Shown one piece after another: positions 56,754-64,000 of a stretch of 64,000 nt of DNA (position 1 is the first letter of the stretch; each line of letters starts with the position of its first letter). The position numbers and the translations under genes are program-made. The notes under the pieces are model-generated. The model saw only the letters and a list, made by a program, of their open reading frames with translations. It had not been told where the DNA came from and made no database searches. The DNA comes from Oligoflexia bacterium (GTDB lineage: Bacteria; Bdellovibrionota_C; UBA2361; JBGSMV01): contig JAIBBU010000007.1 of the NCBI GenBank assembly GCA_019694515.1, positions 6,573 through 70,572 of the forward strand, in the 5' to 3' direction.

Positions 56754-57824
56754 TTGATGGAGCCCGAAACAGGTCCTCAGCATATCGCTCCGGAAGAGGA
56801 TCGGTCCGGAATAACAAGATCCAATCCGGGAATATTAAGTGCAATCCAGGGCGCATTTAGCGCTGGCATGACCCGCTTTCGCGCGGAGCCGGGTGAAACA
56901 CCTGAAATTGACCCAACCGCGCTGCCGCGCAAGGCGCTCTCATTCGGAATTGACCTAGAGGAGGAGCTCCCGAAGGAATTCGTGCGTCATGCTCAGCCGG
57001 TGGTGCTGCAGGGTCGGGTCGACGCTCCGGTGTTGCAGTTCTATGGGGGGCTCGGTCAAACCTCGCTGCCGTGTTTGGAATTGGCACGGCTCTTTAATCA
57101 ACAATCCGGTTATACCTGTGAGCTTTACAGCTTGGAGGGTCACCAGGGCTCCTGGCGTAAGATCATTGCTCAGTCGGAAATCCACTGGGTGAGGGATGTA
57201 ATCGAGCGCGCAGAGAGGGTCTTGGCAGAAACTGGAAATCCCACTACGGGATTCGGGTTTTCGACCGGTGGTTTGACGTTGCTAAAAGCGGCCGCAGAGC
57301 GCCCTGAATTGTTCAGTAAATTGGTCCTGATCGGCACACCGCTTGAATTGCGCAACCGTGTCCACGTGGCTGCGCTCGAAGTGGCCGAGATGTTGGCCTC
57401 CCATTTCACCGCATTGCGTATGCTCACACCCTATATCCCGGTGCCCCTGGCGTGGAACGATCTGCTGGTGAAGAACACCTTCAATGCCAAGGGGCGACGG
57501 CGCCTAGAATTTCTGCCGCTCTCCCGATTTCTATGTCTAAAGCGGCTACAGCTGAAGACCGTGGCATCCTTGACCCGGGTTTCATGCCCCGTAATCTTCG
57601 TACATGGCAGTGAAGACGAGTTTTCTACTCCAGCTACGATCAAGAAGCACTTTGGGCGGCTCGGTACCTCAGATAAATATCTGCACCAGGTAAGTGGTGG
57701 ACACATGTTAATCTTGGATGGCGATGTAGTAAGGCTCTACGGTGAACTGGAGCGCTGGTTAGAGGCTAGAAGCGTGCCAGCAGCGGTGCGCGGGGCGAAA
57801 GGGGCCAGTAACGTCAGCCAGTAA
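56754..57824 (+). CDS. Alpha/beta-hydrolase fold protein
   Basis: Nucleophile elbow GFSTGG. VIFVHGSEDE. Catalytic His in GGHM. Confidence 0.7.
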   Translation: MMEPETGPQHIAPEEDRSGITRSNPGILSAIQGAFSAGMTRFRAEPGETPEIDPTALPRKALSFGIDLEEELPKEFVRHAQPVVLQGRVDAPVLQFYGGLGQTSLPCLELARLFNQQSGYTCELYSLEGHQGSWRKIIAQSEIHWVRDVIERAERVLAETGNPTTGFGFSTGGLTLLKAAAERPELFSKLVLIGTPLELRNRVHVAALEVAEMLASHFTALRMLTPYIPVPLAWNDLLVKNTFNAKGRRRLEFLPLSRFLCLKRLQLKTVASLTRVSCPVIFVHGSEDEFSTPATIKKHFGRLGTSDKYLHQVSGGHMLILDGDVVRLYGELERWLEARSVPAAVRGAKGASNVSQ

Positions 57825-59533
57825 GCCGCCCCGAGGGCCAGGCCGAAAATCAATTTCACAGCGGTTGGAAGCTGCTCGTAGGGTGAAACAAAACCCTCCA
57901 CTAAACCTGCGACGACCAAACCCATGGAGCTGAATATTATCAGATCAAACAATGCTCGCCCGCGAAGCTGCAGAGATTTAACGCGGGTTAGATCTCGGGG
58001 ATGTAATAGGGCGTCGCCCAGGGCCAGGCCGCACCCTGCGGCGACCGCAATAATCGACATTTCCAAGAAACCGTGGGCCACTACAAAATTGAAGAGCCGG
58101 TGCGCCATGCCATAGTGGGAGAGCGCTGCAAAGATTCCTCCGAGGGAGGCGCCGTTGAAGACCAGAACCAGAATTGTGCCGAAGCCCCCCGCTATTCCCA
58201 GAGTAAATGCGAGGATCGAAACCTGAATGTTGTTAGTCATGATGCGTGAAGACGATACGGCATTGAGCCCCTTGATGCCTTCAGTCCATAACCTTCCCTC
58301 AGTTAGTGATTGAATCGCGTCTTCCGACAGGATCAGCCAGGAGAGGTTCGGGTTCAGAATCACTAATGCTGCCGTTAGCCCGGCGCTGATCGTCATCAAG
58401 CCGATTGCGCCCATAATGAAGGGCCACGCTTCGCGATAGCCATGGCGCACCCGATCGATCCATGGAGCTTGCCGCCGATCCTCACGATCTACTAACCGCC
58501 GTCCATAAATTACGCGCCGTCCGAAGCGTACCAACGAAGCTGCGCGGAGTGCTTCCTGCGTGTCGGGGAAAAAAGTGGAGAGTTCGGAATAAAGCTGACA
58601 CAAACGCTGATAAGCCAGGGCGATGCGATGGAGAGTTTGCGAAGACAGCATCCCCGTGGCGCGTCGGAGCTGTCGAATTTCACCTTCAGCTAGATTCAGA
58701 TCATACTGCAGTTTTCGCCATTTAATCGGATCGGAGCTCTGGGCGCGATGGTATTGCTGGGATTTTTCAGGCTGTGCTCGCTTAAAAAGTTCGTCCAACC
58801 ACTGATCAAGCCGCTCAGGACTCGACCCCTGGGCTGGGGGCAAAGCTTTCGGCTGTGCCTGCGTGATGGAGCGGATTAACTGCTGCTGCAGTTCGGCTTT
58901 TTCGGCGGCATGAATCTGCTCCCTGCGCCGCAGATAAGCTTCGAGTACCCGGTAGTGTTGTAGCGGCAGAGTCAGGGCGTCAGTAGCTACAGCGGATTTG
59001 TGGATTAGATCTTCGCGTCCCTTGAAGTCATATACTACGAGAGTACGTGCAACCAGATCTCCAATACGCTGGGAGCGGGGTGTAAAAAGCATGCTAATGA
59101 AGCCCACCGCGCCGACTCCAGGCAGCAGATCGATCAGCATAAAGGCATTGCGCAGGAAGGATGAGGCCAGTGAGATTGAAAAACCACGCTCGTCCACCAC
59201 GCGGAGCCCCACCAGCTTCTTCCCCGGAGTAAGCCCGTCGCGCCGAACCTCAAAATAGATCGCATAAGCCCATTCGGTCAGGAAGAAGAGTAGCACGATG
59301 CAGGCTAGTAGGGCGCTGCTGATATGAGAGCCCCCATTTTGGGCAACGCTTCTGACAGCGCCCCAAATATTCAGCGACTCCATTAGGGGTGTAAGCGATA
59401 AAATCAGATAGATTAAGAGCAGAATTATGGTCCAGCGGATGGCGAAATCGATTAAGTACGCCATCGCCCGGCTGCCAAAGCTAGCCGGCTGGTAATCGAT
59501 CCAGGCCTGTTCGGGAAGCAAAATGCGCATCAC
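57737..59533 (-). CDS. Fused RDD-family / SpoIIM-like (DUF95) membrane protein
   Basis: N-terminal RDD (AYLIDFAIRW...GLRVVDERG...LIDLLPG). C-terminal TNNIQVSILAFTLGIAGGFGTILVLVFNGASLG matches the stage II sporulation protein M / DUF95 core. Confidence 0.7.
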   Translation of the reverse strand: MMRILLPEQAWIDYQPASFGSRAMAYLIDFAIRWTIILLLIYLILSLTPLMESLNIWGAVRSVAQNGGSHISSALLACIVLLFFLTEWAYAIYFEVRRDGLTPGKKLVGLRVVDERGFSISLASSFLRNAFMLIDLLPGVGAVGFISMLFTPRSQRIGDLVARTLVVYDFKGREDLIHKSAVATDALTLPLQHYRVLEAYLRRREQIHAAEKAELQQQLIRSITQAQPKALPPAQGSSPERLDQWLDELFKRAQPEKSQQYHRAQSSDPIKWRKLQYDLNLAEGEIRQLRRATGMLSSQTLHRIALAYQRLCQLYSELSTFFPDTQEALRAASLVRFGRRVIYGRRLVDREDRRQAPWIDRVRHGYREAWPFIMGAIGLMTISAGLTAALVILNPNLSWLILSEDAIQSLTEGRLWTEGIKGLNAVSSSRIMTNNIQVSILAFTLGIAGGFGTILVLVFNGASLGGIFAALSHYGMAHRLFNFVVAHGFLEMSIIAVAAGCGLALGDALLHPRDLTRVKSLQLRGRALFDLIIFSSMGLVVAGLVEGFVSPYEQLPTAVKLIFGLALGAAYWLTLLAPFAPRTAAGTLLASNQRSSSP

Positions 59534-59588
59534 CTCTAGGCTACTATAACCGCGTGCCGAGGCGTACTCGTTATCCTTTAAATCGAGC

Positions 59589-61541
59589 CTACTTACGGGT
59601 CAAAAGCGCCACATTGCTGAAACCGCTCGGATCTCCACCCCAGCCGGGCTTCCAAGGGGTGTGCAGCAATGCATACTTAAAGAAACCTTTAACCGTCATT
59701 TGGGTATAATCCGGTACCCACCAACCCCGCAGCTTCAACTTGCGAATCTCGAAACCCTCCGGAAGATCGGGATCGTTGTCCTTCCAGTCTTGGAGAATGT
59801 ACTTGTAGTCTTTCTTTTGTTCCTTCGTAGCTTCATAACGCAGCGGCAGATTTCGCAGATACCAGACGGTCGGCCACACCGATTCACCGCTGACTAGCAC
59901 CTGATCCCGCTTCTCCTCAGGCTGCAGCAGCAGCTTCGTGCGAATATCTCGCACCACCTGATCGTACTCGTAGGTGGTATGAACCTGGCTCAGGAGCTCG
60001 TTAGGTTTCCCAGCGTAGGTGAAATTAGTCAGGATTGAGATATGCAGCAGATATAATCCGATCACCACAAAGCCGGTCGAAATCAAGCTGACACGCGCCG
60101 AATCACCGAGCCACGAATATACCAGCGCAAAACCGGTCAGCAGGGCGCCATACACGAAAAACATCAGATTGTGGGACATGCCATCGTCCAACAAGCCAAA
60201 CAGCAGGCCCAGAAAGATGCTGCAAATTCCAGCGCCGCCGATTAAGTATTCCAACGGAAATACGCGCCAGTCCTTAATCGGATTTTTGGCGAAGTAATCG
60301 TCAAAATATAGGGTCAAATACACCAACCCACAGACGAAGGGATAGATCGAGAGCCAGGGGGTTTTCTCCCCGGCGTAGCTGTAGGCAAAGAAATTGGCAT
60401 AAAAGAAATAGCCGAAGAAGGCCAGTTTACGCTCGCCCCTCAGCAGATGATAAGTTGTAATGATCAGCGACTGGCCGACCAAGAAAATCAGCCCGAAGAT
60501 GTCGATCCCATCTTTAAGTTTGAAGAGTTTCCAAAGTTCGAATTCCGGAGTGGGCTTGGTTTGTGACATTAGCGCGCAGAGCAGAGCGGCGCTCAGACAG
60601 GACGCAATTGCAATTCTGAAGCGATCGCTGGCGGTTGAGAGCAGTAGCAGCGTTTGTGCTGCCATTACAATAATGAAAGGCAGTTCGTACCAAGAAAGCA
60701 CATAGAAGTGGAACATGAAGGGCCCCACAATTCGTTCTTTATTGTGCTGATCTAACCAATAGCTGAAACCCTTGCGGTAGAGTCCGTCTAAGATTCCATC
60801 TGTGTACCGGAAGCCGGAGGAATAGAAGTAACAAAAAATGAAGGCTGCTGCCGCAAGTCCGAACAGGACGCCAGCCCAGTTGGCTCGGACATAACGACCG
60901 AGCTTGCCCGCGCATGTATCTCCCGCCAAGCCGACGACTCGGCTGATAATTACTTCATAGAAAAGATAAGCCACTAAAAGTGCTACCGTAATATATACGT
61001 TGGCCTTGACTGCCCATTGCACAGCAATGCCGCAGAGAAAAAATAATGCGCGCTGTTTTTCGCGGGATAACGTTGCCCCGTAGAGCATCAAAATCCACCC
61101 CAGTAATACCAATAGATCATGGTGAATCAACCTGGACCAGTAAACGAGTGTGGGCGAGAGGGCCACAGCACCGGTCAGCGCCAGCAATGCGGTTGATGAA
61201 AAATAACGCCGGAAAATAAATGGGACAAAAATGAAGATCGATCCCAGAAATGCAATCGGCGCCCGGATCGACCAGTCTGAGATCCCCAGGATTGCGTAAA
61301 CCAAAGGATATAGGTTGTACATCATCGGGCCATGGAGCATCGGGTCGTAACGATAAAATTTCTCATCGGGCCAATCGAAGAAATAAATACCGTACATGGC
61401 GTGGAGTGATTCATCGTGATGAATCGGCCGCACATCGAGCTGCAGCCAGCGTAATAGCAACCCCGCCCCAACTAGCAGGAGAAAGACCGCCCATTCGCGG
61501 TTTGTCAGGTATGATGCATTGCCCCGTTCTGATGTGCTCAT
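59589..61541 (-). CDS. Large polytopic membrane protein, TIGR03663-like (glycosyltransferase-39-like), usual partner of DUF2298
   Basis: The N-terminal loop DVRPIHHDESLHAMY is characteristic. 650 aa with more than 12 TM. Confidence 0.65.
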   Translation of the reverse strand: MSTSERGNASYLTNREWAVFLLLVGAGLLLRWLQLDVRPIHHDESLHAMYGIYFFDWPDEKFYRYDPMLHGPMMYNLYPLVYAILGISDWSIRAPIAFLGSIFIFVPFIFRRYFSSTALLALTGAVALSPTLVYWSRLIHHDLLVLLGWILMLYGATLSREKQRALFFLCGIAVQWAVKANVYITVALLVAYLFYEVIISRVVGLAGDTCAGKLGRYVRANWAGVLFGLAAAAFIFCYFYSSGFRYTDGILDGLYRKGFSYWLDQHNKERIVGPFMFHFYVLSWYELPFIIVMAAQTLLLLSTASDRFRIAIASCLSAALLCALMSQTKPTPEFELWKLFKLKDGIDIFGLIFLVGQSLIITTYHLLRGERKLAFFGYFFYANFFAYSYAGEKTPWLSIYPFVCGLVYLTLYFDDYFAKNPIKDWRVFPLEYLIGGAGICSIFLGLLFGLLDDGMSHNLMFFVYGALLTGFALVYSWLGDSARVSLISTGFVVIGLYLLHISILTNFTYAGKPNELLSQVHTTYEYDQVVRDIRTKLLLQPEEKRDQVLVSGESVWPTVWYLRNLPLRYEATKEQKKDYKYILQDWKDNDPDLPEGFEIRKLKLRGWWVPDYTQMTVKGFFKYALLHTPWKPGWGGDPSGFSNVALLTRK

Positions 61542-61545
61542 GGTA

Positions 61546-63963
61546 CTAACCTGTCATTTCAGTTCGAGACAGCGCACTCAGCGCCGAATCCCGAACAGTA
61601 TAAATCTTAAAATCACCACTAACAAAAAGCGGCGGAAACAGATCCGATCGCTCCTCGAATTTTCTTAGACCCTCGGCAGAGTATGTGGCGCGTTCTACGT
61701 CGCCCACCACAATAACCTGGGCCGCATACTTGCGCGCAATCTCTAACGCCAAATTAACATTGCCCGTATTGTAAAAAGTTTTTACATCGGCCTTGCGGCG
61801 TTCAAGGTCGCCATTTGAGGAGCCGCGCTGACTGGCATGATATTGCCACCCCAATACCACCGGAATTCCGGTGTGCATTACGATCCGGCTAAACTCTCGG
61901 TAGCCGTCGCCTTGGGCCTCAAACATCGTCGGCAGCCCCGGAACATGCTGAGCCAGCCACTGAATGCCTTTGTATTCATCGGCCTTCTTAGGATCAGCTC
62001 CAAGAAAGGCCTGACCATCTAATGCGGGCTTGGGACCGGGTACGCGGTTAAAGCCCATCATTACGTACAAATTGATCAGGCTTCCGCTGCCGGCGATCAG
62101 GAGTAACGCAGAAATCAAGCACAGTCCCGCGACGCGCGGTACTTTGAGCCCCAAGGTGGCGCTGTGAGCGCGCAGCGCAGTAATAAGACCCGGCAGCGTT
62201 AACAGCGCCGCAGCAGCCAAGAATATCCAGGTAGGAATAAAAAACTTAAAGATCGTGTTCATGCGATCGTTCAAGAAAACCAGCTCTGTGGTGCTGATTA
62301 CGAATCCCCCCATCACTGCTAAAACACCGCCAAAACGGATCGCCGGACGGGTGGATGCCACGAGGTAAAGAACCATGCCGGCCGCGATGAGCAGCGCGGC
62401 GAGCGTCTCGATCGCCCAGGGCATATTGCGAATGCCGCTGGCGAAACTGCATCCGGTCAGAATGAAGGGGTAGCAGACCAAAACTGCGCCGACTAATGCC
62501 GGTAAGCGATTGCGGCGCAGCGTGCTGCGTAGCGCACGAACTTCGAGACTCGCAGCGAGGAGAATCGGAACAATCCATAGTCCGAAATGCCTTAAGATCT
62601 GCCAGACCGAATTAAATTCGGAGGATTGTACCCAGCCATAGTGGGTGTGAATCGCCTCGCCCGAGGAGAGCACGAAGGGCACCACACTTACGAGTGCCAA
62701 CGCCAGGATGGAGAATCCATCGAACAATAATTCGTCGAGCATCTTAGCGGCTGGCACCCGTTCTGAAATGAACTGTATCAGTCGCAGCAGAAAGATTAAC
62801 GCCAGTAGTGCGCCATATATGATCAGATCCCAGGAGTTGATCACGAACAACGAGCCAAATGAAACGCCTAAGAGAGCGCGCAGCAGGAATGCGCCGCGGC
62901 TGCCCGCACCTGGAGGCTCAAGAAAAAGCTGCGAAGCTAGAAATAGCGTAACGATGCCGAAAGGGATCGCCATAAAATGCGCGTGCAGATCGGCAAATAG
63001 AATCGACCAGAGCGGATACTCGGTAAATGAAGGCGAGGTGAAGAGCCGGGTGCTGGCCCAAAATAGATCGAAGCCCATTTTGATCGTGCCGAAGCAGGTC
63101 AAATACAGCACCTCCAAATTGCTTAGAATGATCGCCGCGAAGGCGCAAAGCGCGGCGATCCAGAGGCGTGCGGCAAAGGCTGCGAAGAGCGAGAAGGCGG
63201 CTGAGCAAAGCCATCCGGCCACCGTAGCGATGGCCAGATTATAGGCTACCCCGGGCAGCACGGCCGTGCACTTTTGCATCACACCGAAAAGCAGCGATCC
63301 GAAATAATAGTAATGCATCGCATTGCGCGCAGCCCAAGGGTCCTGAGGAGGAGGATAGTCCAGCCGTGCAAAAAAATTCAGGAATGAAAAATCCATCGGT
63401 TTTTCACCCCAGAAAACTTCGGGTTGAAAGGAGCGCACCACCAGGAAGAAGAAAAAGCAGCTCAGCCAGAATACCTCTGAAACTAGCAACGCCGGTCCCA
63501 TCTCCTCGGCCAATTGGCGCCATGATCCCCATCGCCGCATCACGAAGGTGTGACTGATCGTAAGCAGCACGGCTAGGATGCCGAATAGGCTGTGGGCGCG
63601 AAGCGTTGCCAGTTCAAAATAGGAAAGCACCCATGTAATCAGAGTTAATGCTAATAGTCCGAGCGCTTTACTCACGCCAAATCCGCGATCGGCGGCCTTA
63701 GGGAGAGCCGCGGCCAGGAATGGGAAGATCCACAGTCCTGCGATCTCAAGAATACAGAGCCACCAAAGCGCCTGGAGCAGTGTGGGGACCCGCAGGAATG
63801 CGCGGCTGCCCTGCGCATCAGTAGAGTCGGTTTGCATGATTTCCCTGAGCGTCGGAAGCATGCGCTCCTCGGGGGGGTGCAGCATCCTGGCTTTCAGATC
63901 AGTCACGCTAAGATGCTGCTGATTCTTGAAGATCGTCACTTTGGGATGATCATAAACCGACAA
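61546..63963 (-). CDS. Large polytopic membrane protein, DUF2298 (YYY-motif) family, second copy
   Basis: DPWAARNAMHYYYFGSLLFG is the YYY motif. 805 aa. Lies 4 bp upstream of the TIGR03663-like gene. Confidence 0.7.
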   Translation of the reverse strand: MSVYDHPKVTIFKNQQHLSVTDLKARMLHPPEERMLPTLREIMQTDSTDAQGSRAFLRVPTLLQALWWLCILEIAGLWIFPFLAAALPKAADRGFGVSKALGLLALTLITWVLSYFELATLRAHSLFGILAVLLTISHTFVMRRWGSWRQLAEEMGPALLVSEVFWLSCFFFFLVVRSFQPEVFWGEKPMDFSFLNFFARLDYPPPQDPWAARNAMHYYYFGSLLFGVMQKCTAVLPGVAYNLAIATVAGWLCSAAFSLFAAFAARLWIAALCAFAAIILSNLEVLYLTCFGTIKMGFDLFWASTRLFTSPSFTEYPLWSILFADLHAHFMAIPFGIVTLFLASQLFLEPPGAGSRGAFLLRALLGVSFGSLFVINSWDLIIYGALLALIFLLRLIQFISERVPAAKMLDELLFDGFSILALALVSVVPFVLSSGEAIHTHYGWVQSSEFNSVWQILRHFGLWIVPILLAASLEVRALRSTLRRNRLPALVGAVLVCYPFILTGCSFASGIRNMPWAIETLAALLIAAGMVLYLVASTRPAIRFGGVLAVMGGFVISTTELVFLNDRMNTIFKFFIPTWIFLAAAALLTLPGLITALRAHSATLGLKVPRVAGLCLISALLLIAGSGSLINLYVMMGFNRVPGPKPALDGQAFLGADPKKADEYKGIQWLAQHVPGLPTMFEAQGDGYREFSRIVMHTGIPVVLGWQYHASQRGSSNGDLERRKADVKTFYNTGNVNLALEIARKYAAQVIVVGDVERATYSAEGLRKFEERSDLFPPLFVSGDFKIYTVRDSALSALSRTEMTG

Positions 63964-64000
63964 ACTTTCGTCGGCTAAGTCGTCATCGAAGAAACTTGAA

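Noticed and set aside
1-64000. tRNA/rRNA genes
   Set aside because: A scan for GGTTCGA-TCC-type T-loops and cloverleaf-compatible flanks found nothing convincing. The motif gagttcgaactc at about 47155 lies within the 3' end of a CDS.

Overview
This is a 64-kb bacterial chromosomal window of moderately high GC (about 55-60% by eye) with dense coding on both strands. No rRNA, tRNA or CRISPR array was found.

The most notable content is a non-flagellar type III secretion (T3SS) core cluster at about 23.2-32.4 kb:
- An SctD-like protein with three FHA domains and a C-terminal membrane anchor, followed by a zinc-ribbon/FHA protein.
- The lipoprotein SctJ, two small coiled-coil proteins, and SctQ (two FliN/SpoA-like domains).
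- SctR, SctS, SctT, and an SctU that stops right after its membrane domain, so the autocleaving cytoplasmic domain is missing.
- A small ORF translationally coupled to a TPR class-II-type chaperone.
- A free-standing FHA protein and a CheY-like receiver just upstream.
- No SctN ATPase, SctV, secretin or needle gene in the window.

Downstream of the T3SS block, two divergently transcribed sigma-28-like sigma factors sit at 33.4-35.5 kb with a small protein downstream.

A visibly AT-rich two-gene cassette at 15.2-16.4 kb is bracketed by a 16-bp direct repeat and lies next to a secreted beta-helix protein with a phage-tail-fibre-like motif.

A short interspersed repeat family with the conserved core ctgtcattgcgagc...gcaaaccctaaca occurs five times, in inverted arrangements, in two intergenic regions (5.87-6.12 kb and 42.8-43.2 kb).

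At 49.5-64 kb a MoxR-associated module (a DUF4129-like and a DUF4350-like protein, a MoxR AAA+ ATPase, a DUF58 protein and a fused RDD/SpoIIM-like membrane protein) is flanked by two large YYY-motif membrane proteins (resembling the DUF2298 family) and a large membrane protein resembling the TIGR03663 family.

The rest is housekeeping: ABC transporter, YceI, ExoD, FMN reductase, DEAD-box helicase, EamA, DapD, MreB, RNase G, GT39/ArnT-like, MgtC, RdgB, TrmL, ferredoxin-NADP reductase, cytochrome c, DedA, a response regulator and hybrid histidine kinase, OmpA-like, EEP nuclease and an RNB exoribonuclease.

Family assignments are from motif recognition by eye, without any database search.
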